Assembly (NCBI GenBank): GCA_963733035.1
Contig: CAVTBU010000010.1
Coordinates: forward strand, 32,001 to 96,000
From: Pirellulales bacterium
GTDB lineage: Bacteria; Planctomycetota; Planctomycetia; Pirellulales; PALSA-1355
DNA: 64,000 nucleotides
Direction: 5' to 3'
Position 1 is the first letter of the stretch. Each line of letters begins with the position of its first letter. A program made the position numbers and the translations under genes. Below the pieces are notes generated by a model. The model saw only the letters and a program-made list of their open reading frames with translations, was not told the DNA's origin and searched no databases. Shown piece by piece: positions 28,280 through 38,092 of the stretch.

Positions 28280-29689
28280 GTGACACTCAGCAAGGATGAA
28301 TTGCAGGCCCGCCTGGCGCCGTTCGACCAGGAGCACGTGCTGGCATTTTGGGACGAGCTCGACGAGGCCAGCCGCCAGCGCCTGGCGTCACAGTTGGCCA
28401 ACATCGACTTCCGATTGCTCCGCGGGTTGTATCAGGGCGGCGTCGTGGCCGAGGACTGGACCGCGCTTGCGCTCCGCTCGCACACGCCGCCGGCCCGACG
28501 GTTGCACGAGCCGCAGGCCTCGGTCACCGCGGAACAGGCCGAACAGCTGGGGCTTGAGGCCTTGGCCGCTGGACATGTGGGCGTGGTCATCGTGGCCGGA
28601 GGGCAGGGGACTCGACTGGGCTTCGAACACCCCAAGGGGATGTACAAGATCGGTCCGGTGTCGGGGGCGTCGCTGTTTCAGATACTATTGGAGAAGATTG
28701 CCGCTCGGGCGCGCGTGGCCGGCATGCGGATTCCGCTTTACTTGATGACCAGCCCCGCCACGCACGATGAAACCGTGGCCTATCTCGAAGAGCAACAAAG
28801 GTTCGGGTTGCCCAGCGAAGACGTGAAGGTATTTTGCCAGGGAACGATGCCCGCGGTTGATGCGAGCACCGGTCGCTTGCTGATGACTTCCAGGAGCGAG
28901 TTGGCGCTCAGCCCCGATGGACATGGCGGCACGCTCCGCGCGCTATCTACCAGCGGCTGCCTGGCCGACATGCGAGCCCGCGAGCTCAAACAGTTGTTTT
29001 ATTGCCAGGTAGACAATCCCCTGGTGGAAATGTGCGACCCGCGGTTTGTCGGTTATCACTTGCAGGCCGGATCGGAAATGTCGACCCAGGTAGTGGCCAA
29101 GCGCCACGCGCGCGAACGGGTTGGCAACGTGGTGTCGATCGATGGCCACCTCCGAATTCTGGAATATAGCGATCTCAATCCGTTGGACGATGAGATTGTT
29201 GAACGCCGCGCCCCAGACGGTTCACGCGTGTTTTGGGCGGGTAATACCGCGTGCCACGTATTCGACGTGGCGTTTCTGGAGCGGATGGCGGCCAGTGGTA
29301 CGGCGCTACCGTTTCATGTCGCCCGCAAAACGGTTTCGCACATCGACGCCTCGGGCAGCGCAGTCGAGCCGCGCGAGCCGAACGCGATCAAGTTTGAGCG
29401 GTTTATCTTCGATCTGCTGCCTGAGGCCCGCCAGGCGATCGTGGTGGAAGTCGATCCGCAGCTGACGTTCGCTCCGATCAAGAACGCACCAGGTGAGTCG
29501 TTTGACAGCCCCGAGACGGTGCAGGCACAGATGATAGCGTTGCACGCCGACTGGCTGCGGTCGGCCGGCTGCAAGGTGACCGACGGCGTCCCGGTCGAAA
29601 TCAGCCCGCTGTTTGCCCAAAACGCGGCGGAGGTCGCCGCCCAGATCCGGCCGGGACTGGCCGTGACGGCACCGCACTACTTCTGCTAG
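28280..29689 (+). CDS. UDP-N-acetylglucosamine/UDP-hexose pyrophosphorylase (UAP1/UDPGP family)
   Basis: VAGGQGTRLGFEHPKG, YLMTS, FCQGTMP, SPDGHGG, QVDNPL, EYSDL, KFERFIFD, FAPIKN. GTG 28280 chosen because of an upstream GGAG. Confidence 0.9.
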   Translation: MTLSKDELQARLAPFDQEHVLAFWDELDEASRQRLASQLANIDFRLLRGLYQGGVVAEDWTALALRSHTPPARRLHEPQASVTAEQAEQLGLEALAAGHVGVVIVAGGQGTRLGFEHPKGMYKIGPVSGASLFQILLEKIAARARVAGMRIPLYLMTSPATHDETVAYLEEQQRFGLPSEDVKVFCQGTMPAVDASTGRLLMTSRSELALSPDGHGGTLRALSTSGCLADMRARELKQLFYCQVDNPLVEMCDPRFVGYHLQAGSEMSTQVVAKRHARERVGNVVSIDGHLRILEYSDLNPLDDEIVERRAPDGSRVFWAGNTACHVFDVAFLERMAASGTALPFHVARKTVSHIDASGSAVEPREPNAIKFERFIFDLLPEARQAIVVEVDPQLTFAPIKNAPGESFDSPETVQAQMIALHADWLRSAGCKVTDGVPVEISPLFAQNAAEVAAQIRPGLAVTAPHYFC

Positions 29690-29876
29690 CCTATCGGGCG
29701 GTTGGTCTGATAACGCGGAAGTTGGTTTGCCACCAAAGTCAGGGTCGACCGAGAGGAACGCAAGAGCAGATCGAATCGCGCATAGCAGGTCGACTTTGCT
29801 TTTCTCAGTGACCTCCGTGGCCGACCTCTCTTAGTCTCTTTCGCGGTTGCTTCAATTTCAGGGCGATGACTTCAAT

Positions 29877-30944
29877 ATGTTGCATGCGGTGATCATGGCG
29901 GGCGGAAGTGGGACGCGGTTCTGGCCCGAGAGCCGAGGTTCGCGGCCGAAGCAGCTGTTGCGCCTGGTGGGGGAGCGGACCATGATCCAGTCGACGGTCG
30001 ATCGACTGGAGTCATTGGTGCCGGCCGACCGCGTGCTGATCGTAACCAACGCCGGCCTGGTCGATGAGATTTGGAACCAACTTCCGCAGTTGTCGCCGCG
30101 GGCTTTGATTGGCGAACCGTGCCGACGCGACACGGCACCCTGCATCGGCCTGGCCGCCTTGGAAATTGTGCGCCGCGACCCGGAGGGGATCATGGCCGTG
30201 ATGCCCTCGGACCAGGTCATCTCGCCCGACGATAAATTCCGCAGTGCAATTTTGCAGGCCCAGCGACTGGTCGAACAGTCGCCCGAGCGAATCGTGACGT
30301 TCGGCATCAAGCCCACGTATCCGGCCGAATCGTTCGGATACATCGAGCGGGGCGAGTCGTTGGCCGACGGGGTGTATCGCGTGCGGCAATTTCGCGAAAA
30401 GCCGCAGGCGGATATCGCCCGCGGATACGTGGCGACGGGAACCTTCTACTGGAACTCCGGCATCTTCGTTTGGAAGGCGGCCACGATCTTGAGCGCGCTC
30501 GAAGCGCGGCAACCGGCAATGGTGGCACGATTGCGCACCATTGCCGGGGCGGTCGACGGTGCGAACTATCAGGAGGTGTTCGAGCGCGAGTTCGCGGCGA
30601 TCGAGGGTATCTCGATCGACTACGCCGTGATGGAACACGCCACGGACGTGGCCGTGATCGAAGCGCCGTTCGCCTGGGACGACGTCGGCAGTTGGCAGGC
30701 CATCTCTCGGCTGCAAGGCACCGATTCCGAGGGGAACACCGTCTCGGCCAGGCATCTGGGTTTGCACACTCGAGGTACGATCGTGCGCGGCCGGCCAGGC
30801 CATCTGGTGGTGACGCTGGGGGTGGAGGACCTGATCGTGGTACATACGCCCGACGCCACGCTGGTGGCCAACAAGCACGACGAAGAAGCGATCAGGCAAC
30901 TGGTGAAGCTGATTGCCGAGCGCGGCTGGCAAGAGTACCTTTGA
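29877..30944 (+). CDS. manC: Mannose-1-phosphate guanylyltransferase
   Basis: IMAGGSGTRFWP.SR..PKQ, EPCRRDTAP, FGYIE, FREKP, WNSGIF, ISIDYAVME, WDDVGSW; no cupin PMI domain. Confidence 0.9.
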   Translation: MLHAVIMAGGSGTRFWPESRGSRPKQLLRLVGERTMIQSTVDRLESLVPADRVLIVTNAGLVDEIWNQLPQLSPRALIGEPCRRDTAPCIGLAALEIVRRDPEGIMAVMPSDQVISPDDKFRSAILQAQRLVEQSPERIVTFGIKPTYPAESFGYIERGESLADGVYRVRQFREKPQADIARGYVATGTFYWNSGIFVWKAATILSALEARQPAMVARLRTIAGAVDGANYQEVFEREFAAIEGISIDYAVMEHATDVAVIEAPFAWDDVGSWQAISRLQGTDSEGNTVSARHLGLHTRGTIVRGRPGHLVVTLGVEDLIVVHTPDATLVANKHDEEAIRQLVKLIAERGWQEYL

Positions 30945-30954
30945 AGGTGAAGCA

Positions 30955-32001
30955 GTGAACCGACGCCATTTTACCGCTACCTTTCTGGCCGCCCTCGGCA
31001 GCCTTTGGCACGTGCGCAACGTGGGAGCGCAAGACGTGGAACTCGACCAATCGTCCACTGGCCGCTTCAATGCCGTGGCGCCCACGCTGGGTGGCAAACA
31101 GTTTTGGGCTGACGAATTGTTCTTTCACGACTGGCACATCCAACGGAATGTCTTTTCGGGCCACTGTCGCCTGCTCGACGGTTACAATCTGCGTCATGCC
31201 TGGGGCACGTTCGACGAGTGCCGCAACAAGTTGGAGGCGATCAGGCTTGAGCGCCACTTGGAACCGATGCGCGGCCGGGCGGTAGTCGTTTTGCACGGTT
31301 TGTTTCGCACGCCCTCGTCGATGAATCGCCTCTGCCGCTACTTGCACGAAGAAGGCGGTTACTCGGTGTTCAACGTGAGCTATCCGACGACCCAGGGCAG
31401 CATGGCTGATCATGCCCGCTCGCTCGATCGAATTGTGGAGAACCTGGACGGAATCGAGGAAATTAACTTCGTGGGGCACAGCCTGGGCAATCTCGTGGTG
31501 CGGCACTACCTGGGCGATCACACGCAGCCGGAGGCGGGCATATCGCCCGATCCGCGCATTAAGCGGATCGTGATGTTGGGTCCACCCAATCAAGGCGCCG
31601 AGATTGCCGACGCGCTCTCCGGCGTGGGCTTGTTCCACAAGGTGACGGGGACGGTGGGGAGCGAGCTATCGAGCAAATGGCAACAACTGGAACCAAAGCT
31701 GGCGATTCCGGCCTGCGAGTTCGGCATTCTGGCCGGCGGCCGCAATGAGAAGAAGGGCTTTAACCCTTGGCTCACGGGAGATAACGATCTGGTGGTGAAC
31801 GTCGAGACGACCCGATTGCCGGGAGCGACCGATTTCGCCGTGCTGCCGGTGTTGCATTCGTTCATGATGAACGATCGCACGGTGCTCGAGTACACGCTCC
31901 GGTTTCTCGAGTTCGGCTACTTCGTGTCGGCCCAGGCCCGCCGGCCCATTCCGCGCGAGGCCGAATCGCAACTGGTGCGCGAGCCCCACGGCACGCATTG
32001 A
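30955..32001 (+). CDS. Alpha/beta-fold hydrolase (lipase/esterase-like), probable Tat substrate
   Basis: N-terminal NRRHF twin-arginine motif; VVLHGL, FVGHSLG nucleophile elbow, LGPPNQGA, DNDLVV, LHSF. Confidence 0.82.
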   Translation: MNRRHFTATFLAALGSLWHVRNVGAQDVELDQSSTGRFNAVAPTLGGKQFWADELFFHDWHIQRNVFSGHCRLLDGYNLRHAWGTFDECRNKLEAIRLERHLEPMRGRAVVVLHGLFRTPSSMNRLCRYLHEEGGYSVFNVSYPTTQGSMADHARSLDRIVENLDGIEEINFVGHSLGNLVVRHYLGDHTQPEAGISPDPRIKRIVMLGPPNQGAEIADALSGVGLFHKVTGTVGSELSSKWQQLEPKLAIPACEFGILAGGRNEKKGFNPWLTGDNDLVVNVETTRLPGATDFAVLPVLHSFMMNDRTVLEYTLRFLEFGYFVSAQARRPIPREAESQLVREPHGTH

Positions 32002-32004
32002 TCC

Positions 32005-32485
32005 ATGGGCACCTCGTCGCAACCTTCGCCGGGACGAATCGCGGGCATCGACTACGGCACGGTTCGCGTGGGCATTGCCATCTCGGATCCGGATCAGACG
32101 CTTGCCAGCCCGCTGGAAACCTACCAGCGGCGCAACGACGCACTCGACCGTGAGCGGTTTCGCCGGCTCGTGAGCGAAGAACGGATCGTGCGGTTTGTGG
32201 TGGGCTTGCCGGTGCATCTTGACGGCCGAGAAAGCCAGAAATCGGCCGAGGCCCGGCAGTTTGGCAAATGGTTGCAAGAGACCACCGGAGTTGAAGTAGA
32301 GTATTTCGATGAGCGTTTCACGACGCACGAGGCCGAAGTGTATTTGGCCGGCGCAGCTCAGCAAAAAGAAACGCAAGGCGCGACTCGACAAGCTGGCGGC
32401 CCAGATCCTGCTCACGGGCTATCTGGAACGTCAACGCAGCGGGATGGAGCACCGCGACGATTCGTTGCAAGGGCTAGACGACTAA
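32005..32485 (+). CDS. yqgF: YqgF/RuvX pre-16S rRNA nuclease; frameshift near 32353
   Basis: GIDYGTVRVGIAISD, VVGLP, FDERFTT; the shifted frame restores LSKKKRKARLDKLAAQILLTGYLE, stop 32483-32485. Confidence 0.88.
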
Positions 32486-32527
32486 GCGCGCTGGCGCGGA
32501 CCAAGTCGAATTGACGGCGACCGAGTC

Positions 32528-33418
32528 ATGACGAAACTGATTTTTGGTTGCGGATACCTGGGTTCGCGAGTGTCAGCGCTCTGGAAAGCGCAAGGTCATG
32601 ACGTGTTTGTCGTCACGCGCAGCGGCGAGCGAGCGCGACAGTTCGCGGCCGACGGTTACCGGCCGGTCGTGGCCGACGTGTTGCGTCCCGAATCGCTGGC
32701 CGGCTTGCCGTGCGCCGAAACGGTGCTGTTTGCCGTGGGATACGACCGCAGTTCCGGCGCCTCGATCTACGACGTGTATGTGGCGGGCCTGCGCGATGTG
32801 TTGGCTTCCCTGGGCGACCACGTGCGGCGGTTTATCTACATCAGTTCGACCGGGGTGTATGGACAGGCAAATGGCGAGACGGTGGACGAAACGTCTCCGA
32901 CGCGGCCGCGCCGCGATGGTGGCCGTGCGAGCCTGGCGGCCGAACAAACTCTGGCCCGCGATCTGCTGGGCGAACGGGCCGTCGTGCTGCGGTTGGCGGG
33001 CATCTATGGTCCGGGGCGGATTCCGCTGGCGGCCAAGATTCGCGCCGGCGAGCCGATACCGGCTCCGGCTGCCGGGTCGCTCAATCTGATTCACGTGGCC
33101 GATGCGGCGCGCGTCGTGCTGGCGGCGGAGGAGATCGCCGATCCCCCGCGCACGTATAACGTCTCGGACGGCCATCCCGCGGTCCGGCGCGAGTACTACA
33201 AAGAGTTGGCACGTTTGCTCGATGCGCCACCGCCGACGTTCGAGGAGCCGGCAGCCGACTCACCCGTAGCAGCTCGCGCCGGGGTTGACAAACGCGTGGA
33301 CAATCGGCGGATGATCGCCGAGCTGGGCGTGCAGCTCGAGTACCCCACCTACCGCGATGGCCTGGCAGCGATCGTGGCGGAGGAAGCCAAGGGAGCCGAG
33401 AGAACGCGAAGTGAATGA
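32528..33418 (+). CDS. Atypical SDR / NAD-dependent epimerase-dehydratase (YeeZ-like)
   Basis: IFGCGYLG, YISSTGVYG, LRLAGIYGPGR, NLIHVAD, YPTYRDGL. Confidence 0.88.
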   Translation: MTKLIFGCGYLGSRVSALWKAQGHDVFVVTRSGERARQFAADGYRPVVADVLRPESLAGLPCAETVLFAVGYDRSSGASIYDVYVAGLRDVLASLGDHVRRFIYISSTGVYGQANGETVDETSPTRPRRDGGRASLAAEQTLARDLLGERAVVLRLAGIYGPGRIPLAAKIRAGEPIPAPAAGSLNLIHVADAARVVLAAEEIADPPRTYNVSDGHPAVRREYYKELARLLDAPPPTFEEPAADSPVAARAGVDKRVDNRRMIAELGVQLEYPTYRDGLAAIVAEEAKGAERTRSE

Positions 33419-33659
33419 GTCCGAGCTGACCGGTGGCGGCGAGCCGATGCGCCCCAAACGAGCTGGTGGTTTTGGTCGCTTGACGCTACTGGTGTTTCCG
33501 ATGGCAGGCCTTGCCGCGTTCGGCGGTGCGTGCGCGGCAATTGGCGAAATCCGCGGAAAACGCCAGGTCGCCCTCCCCAGCTATGGATTTCTGGGTTTGG
33601 GGTTTATCACCATCGTGGCAGGCCTTTGGTTGTTGTCGGTGTTTTTTGGCAAGCGATGA
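33411..33659 (+). CDS. Small hypothetical two-TM membrane protein
   Basis: GTG start overlaps the SDR stop; two hydrophobic segments. Confidence 0.5.
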   Translation: MNESELTGGGEPMRPKRAGGFGRLTLLVFPMAGLAAFGGACAAIGEIRGKRQVALPSYGFLGLGFITIVAGLWLLSVFFGKR

Positions 33660-33913
33660 TCGACGGGCCGGCAAGGCCGTCCAGGGGACGACTCGCTGCC
33701 GGGGCCCTTTACCGCTCGGTGCCACCTCTTATCCCGCTCCTTGCCGAGTTGGGCGGGGGTCTTTAGAATTCGAGGCTCTGAAAGAGTTCCATTCGATCCG
33801 CCGATTCTTGCGAGAATTGCCCCCAGAGCAGCGACCCCTGCGTTAGCTCCGCCAAACGGTACACCGGACTTGCCCGGACCGGCGTGGCGCCCAGGCAGGA
33901 AGGATTTTACGCC

Positions 33914-34696
33914 ATGCTTCAACGGAAGCCCGTCTTCCCGAACGTCATCGAAATGAACTACCAGGCCGGAGAGCGGCTGGGTTGCAACGTCTATTTGATC
34001 TACGACGGCGCTGAATGGGTCATGATCGACGTCGGGTATGACGAAACGGTCGACGAAATCGTCGAGCTGATTCGCCAGCTCGACTTCCCGCTGTCGCACT
34101 GCAAGATGCTGATTGCCACGCATGCCGACGTGGATCACATCCAGGGATTGGCCAAGATCAATCAGTTGCTTAAAACGAAGATCGTCGGCCACAAGTTGGC
34201 CGCCGAACCGTTGGCCACTGGCGATCGCATCAAGACGTTTGCCGAGATCGATGCCCAGAACATTCACCTGGAAATGCCGCCGGTAAAGCTCGACGAGTTG
34301 ATCGGCGAAGGGGACAAGATCCAGGTTGGCAAGCTGGAGTTGGAAGTCTGGCACACGCCGGGACATACCGACAGCCAGCTTTCGTTTCGCATGGGCAACT
34401 TGCTGTTCAGCGGCGACAACATCTATCGCGACGGCTGCGTGGGCGCAATCGATGCCCATCACGGCAGCGACATTCAGGCATTTCTCAAATCGCTCCGTCG
34501 CATTCGCGAGAGCGACGTGGAGTGGCTGCTGCCGAGCCACGGCCCGATCTTCCGCAAGAACAACACGCTCATCGACAAGGCGATCGCCCGGCTGGAAGGT
34601 TACTTGCACATGGCCGACTTCGGCACCTGCGCCATCGACTGGCCCCTGATGGACGAATGGGACAAGGAACTGGAAGCCGGCAAGATGCCCCAATAA
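33914..34696 (+). CDS. MBL-fold metallo-hydrolase
   Basis: [39 protein letters not shown]. Confidence 0.88.
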   Translation: MLQRKPVFPNVIEMNYQAGERLGCNVYLIYDGAEWVMIDVGYDETVDEIVELIRQLDFPLSHCKMLIATHADVDHIQGLAKINQLLKTKIVGHKLAAEPLATGDRIKTFAEIDAQNIHLEMPPVKLDELIGEGDKIQVGKLELEVWHTPGHTDSQLSFRMGNLLFSGDNIYRDGCVGAIDAHHGSDIQAFLKSLRRIRESDVEWLLPSHGPIFRKNNTLIDKAIARLEGYLHMADFGTCAIDWPLMDEWDKELEAGKMPQ

Positions 34697-34881
34697 CGGC
34701 TGCTAGCACGAGTCGACACAGCCGGCCGTCTGCGAAACCCTGCGGGTTCTAGCGGATATTCCCTCAATGCCGCTTGTGACGCGTGCCGATGGATGTTGGT
34801 AGACCCAAGCTGCCGGACGATCGCGGTCCCGTAAATCACGCGACGCCGGTGTGATCGACATTTCTCAGGGGGGAATCTGCG

Positions 34882-35223
34882 ATGGTCCGCCGAATGCTTC
34901 TTGCGCTTTGCTGCGCGGCGGGTTTGAGCGTGCTGGTCTCCGCCGAGGCCCAGGCCCAGCAGCCCATGACCGGGCAGCAGGCTTTTGGCCGGCAATGGGG
35001 AGGCAGCTACAGCACCCAAGACTGGAACCGCTTGTACCACTACCCGTACGTCTACTACCCGCAAAATTTCTGGTCGAGCGAGTACTACCAGAGTTCGAAC
35101 GATCTGTACTTCCGCTATCCGCCCGAAATGCGGATTCCGGTCTACAACAAGCAGTGGATGAACATGTATCCCGAAGGTCGGCTGTATCACTCGGGCCACC
35201 ACTTCATACTCGATACGTTTTGA
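34882..35223 (+). CDS. Small secreted Tyr/Trp-rich hypothetical protein
   Basis: Signal peptide ending AQA; mature part DWNRLYHYPYVYYPQNF...YPPEMRIPVYN...GHHFILDTF; AGGGGGG RBS. Confidence 0.75.
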   Translation: MVRRMLLALCCAAGLSVLVSAEAQAQQPMTGQQAFGRQWGGSYSTQDWNRLYHYPYVYYPQNFWSSEYYQSSNDLYFRYPPEMRIPVYNKQWMNMYPEGRLYHSGHHFILDTF

Positions 35224-35404
35224 ATTGGCTGAGAATTCTCAGCTTGCGGTGGAACGACAGTCGGGAGGTTGGCCCGAGCGGATGTGACGCCCTTGTCGCG
35301 ATGAAAGCGAACGGAAGCTGGCTTGCGGCAAGCATCCACGAGGGTCGTCGCTTTGCGGCGCCGTAACCGAACTTGCCTGACGTGAAACGGGGTCGGACCG
35401 CCGG

Positions 35405-35439
35405 AAAGGGGTCTGGAGTCTTGAACTCCCGACCCCTTT
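35405..35439. repeat. REP-like palindrome / bidirectional terminator, copy 1
   Basis: AAAGGGGTCTGGAGT-CTTGA-ACTCCCGACCCCTTT, 15-bp stem with one mismatch, between convergent genes; homologous to 59862-59892. Confidence 0.7.
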
Positions 35440-35447
35440 ATTATTGA

Positions 35448-36641
35448 TCAGGCGAGACCGCGGGCGGCGAAGCGATACAGTGCCTCGCTGGCGGCCTCGA
35501 GGCCGTCGAGCGCGAGCCACTCGTCGGCCGTGTGGGCCTGGGCGATCGAACCCGGCCCAAACACGATGGACGGGACTCCGGCTGCGGAAATGGCCGCGGC
35601 ATCGGTGCCGTAGGGGACGCCGATTTTTTCGCTTTCCAGCCCCATCGACCTCGCCGCCCCTTGCATCGCGTTGGCAAGTTCGCCATTCGTTTCGTCGGGC
35701 AGCCCGACGCCGATCAAGAATGGTGGATCGTGCTGAATCCGCACCTCGCTGCCGACTTCGCGCGAAAGGTAATCGATCACGTGCATGTACGCTGCTTGGG
35801 GTTCTTCGTGCGGCAGCAATCGGCGGTCGATTTCGATCGTGCAGCGGTCCGGCACGGTATTGACGCTCAAACCACCGGTGATCGTGCCCACGCTCAAGGT
35901 GGGCCGCCCGCAGAGCGGATGCTCACCTAGCGTTGGCGCCACGTCGCGCTGATAGCGCTGGAGCGCCGCCAGCACTGGCCCCATGCGAAAGATTGCGTTC
36001 TCGCACAAGTGGGGCTGCGAGCTGTGCCCCGCACGTCCCAGGGCATGGCATCGCCAACGCACCACGCCCTTGTGCGCGACCACGACCTGCAGTTCGGTCG
36101 GTTCGGCGATCACGGCGGCGTCTGGCTGCCGGGGCACGATTGCATCGGGCTCGGACCAGAGCTTGGTGAGTGCCGTGGCGCCCGAGTAGCCATGTTCTTC
36201 GTTTACGGTGCAGGCCATGACGATGGTCGGCATGCCTTTGGGGCGATCGGTGGCCAGCCGGGCCAGGGCGCCAAGCATGGCGGTCATGCCTCCTTTGATG
36301 TCGCAGGCGCCGCGGCCATAGAGGCGGCCTTCTTTCACGACCGGTGTCCACGGCTCGATCGTCATGCCGTCGACCGGAACGGTGTCTTGGTGGGCCTCGA
36401 ACATGATCAGCGGGCCACCGGCCGTGTGCGAAACGGCCCCGTCGAGCCGAGCGATGATGTTGTCGCGTTTCGGTTCGACCGGCTGACGCTGGTAGGGGAG
36501 TTTCAGCGAGCGGAACAGCGATTCGAGGTAGTCAGTTACGCGGTATTCAAAGTACTCGGGCCCAGCCACGGGCTTGCCCATGGGGTTCACGCTTGGCAGT
36601 GCGACCAGTTCGCTGAGCGTCCGGTTTAGATTCAGGGTCAT
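35448..36641 (-). CDS. M20 family metallopeptidase (ArgE/DapE-like deacylase)
   Basis: FEAHQDTV, GRGACDIKG, NEEHG, AEPT, GGLSVNTVP, YGTDA, AHTADE. Confidence 0.9.
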   Translation of the reverse strand: MTLNLNRTLSELVALPSVNPMGKPVAGPEYFEYRVTDYLESLFRSLKLPYQRQPVEPKRDNIIARLDGAVSHTAGGPLIMFEAHQDTVPVDGMTIEPWTPVVKEGRLYGRGACDIKGGMTAMLGALARLATDRPKGMPTIVMACTVNEEHGYSGATALTKLWSEPDAIVPRQPDAAVIAEPTELQVVVAHKGVVRWRCHALGRAGHSSQPHLCENAIFRMGPVLAALQRYQRDVAPTLGEHPLCGRPTLSVGTITGGLSVNTVPDRCTIEIDRRLLPHEEPQAAYMHVIDYLSREVGSEVRIQHDPPFLIGVGLPDETNGELANAMQGAARSMGLESEKIGVPYGTDAAAISAAGVPSIVFGPGSIAQAHTADEWLALDGLEAASEALYRFAARGLA

Positions 36642-36976
36642 GACTATCTCGGCGGTTCTCGGCTGGGGTATTGGTGGCGGGCCAGTCCGCGGTGGTCATC
36701 ATAGCGGTTGATTGGCGCCAGTTCTCCCCGCATAGCGAACACACCGCCGGCGGCGGCGGGGCAACATCGGCTTTGATGCTCGTGGCCAACAAGCGAGAGC
36801 ATTACCCCGGACGAGCAGGTGCCGGCGGCGATGAGCGGTTTTAGGGCTGCCACACGTCCGCTTGACCGTCTGGTAGGGGCTCGATAGGATCTTTTTTGCG
36901 TCGCGAGCCCAAGCGTGGCCTGAATTTAGGGCGTTTTTAGGCGAGAAGACCCCCAGGCGGGTCTTTTCCTTGGGCT

Positions 36977-37020
36977 CACTTTGTGACAAGATTCACAAAG
37001 TGCCCTGAATGCCGTAAATT
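36977..37020 (+). promoter_or_regulatory. Rex-like (or CRP/FNR-like) operator overlapping the putative -35 of the nuo promoter
   Basis: Perfect inverted repeat CACTTTGTGA-CAAGAT-TCACAAAGTG; TTCACA(36992)-N17-TAAATT(37015). Confidence 0.7.
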
Positions 37021-37073
37021 ATCGCCATCGTTTACCTGACCCTCAACTCGCACTCCCGCCAAAAGCGCACGCC

Positions 37074-37472
37074 ATGGAACTGGCCGTCCTGCCGATTTTC
37101 CTGTTTGGCGCCGCCGCCATCGGTTTGGCGATCGGGCTGTTGGCAGTCAGTTCGCTGATCGGCCCGCACAAGAACGGGCGCGTGAAGGAAATGCCGTATG
37201 AGAGCGGCATGGATCCGATTCACGACACGCATCGGCGGTTTGATGTGCGGTTTTACCTGGTCGCGATCGCGTTCTTGGTGTTCGACGTCGAATTGTTGTT
37301 CCTCTATCCCTGGGCCGTCGCGAGCCGCAATCCCCAGGGCATTGATCATGCCGTCGAAGCCGGCTGGGTGGCGAGCCGGGGGTTGGTGTTTGGCGAGGTG
37401 CTGGTGTTTCTGGCGCTGTTGGCGGCTGGCTTCGTCTATGCCTGGCGGAAAGGGGTGTTCCGATGGCGATAG
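37074..37472 (+). CDS. nuoA: NADH-quinone oxidoreductase subunit A
   Basis: PYESG, FYLVAIAFLVFDVELLFLYPWAV, YAWRKG. Confidence 0.95.
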   Translation: MELAVLPIFLFGAAAIGLAIGLLAVSSLIGPHKNGRVKEMPYESGMDPIHDTHRRFDVRFYLVAIAFLVFDVELLFLYPWAVASRNPQGIDHAVEAGWVASRGLVFGEVLVFLALLAAGFVYAWRKGVFRWR

Positions 37473-38044
37473 AAGTACCCGAGAACGTGGTGGTCAGCCG
37501 GCTGGATGAATTGGCCAGTTGGTGCCGCAAGAACAGTCTGTGGCCGATGCCGTTCGCCACGGCGTGCTGTGGCATCGAGTTGATGGCCACTGGCGCAAGC
37601 AAGCACGACTTGGCCCGTTTTGGTGCCGAGGTGATGCGGTTCAGCCCGCGGCAGTGCGACTTGATGATCGTGGCGGGCCGGGTGGTGATGAAGATGCTCC
37701 CGGTGTTGCAGCGAATTTGGCAGCAGATGCATGAACCGAAATGGTGCATTTCGATGGGCGCGTGTGCCTCGACGGGCGGCGTGTTTGACACGTATTGCGT
37801 CGTGCAAGGCATCGACCGCTTTATTCCGGTGGATATGTACGTGCCCGGTTGTCCGCCGCGGCCCGAGCAGCTGATTCAGTCGATTATCGATTTGCAAGAG
37901 AAGATTCAAACGGAAGGCACGATTGCCGGGCGGGAATTCGCCACCCGTAGTCGCCAGCAAACGAAGCGGGCGTTGGTTGAGCTTCCGGTTGTCACACTCC
38001 CCCGCGGCGTAAGCCATTTGTCTCAAGGTGTCCGCGTCGAATAA
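37463..38044 (+). CDS. nuoB: NADH-quinone oxidoreductase subunit B
   Basis: TACCGIE, SPRQCD, ISMGACA, YVPGCPPRPE. Confidence 0.96.
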   Translation: MAIEVPENVVVSRLDELASWCRKNSLWPMPFATACCGIELMATGASKHDLARFGAEVMRFSPRQCDLMIVAGRVVMKMLPVLQRIWQQMHEPKWCISMGACASTGGVFDTYCVVQGIDRFIPVDMYVPGCPPRPEQLIQSIIDLQEKIQTEGTIAGREFATRSRQQTKRALVELPVVTLPRGVSHLSQGVRVE

Positions 38045-38092
38045 GGCGCAGAGGAAGCGGCCTGGCCGAGTTCAGGCGTCGAAAAGTTGCAA

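Noticed and set aside
29745..29848. Purine/pyrimidine-skewed spacer as a degenerate repeat element
   Set aside because: Too degenerate to define a unit or a stem with confidence.
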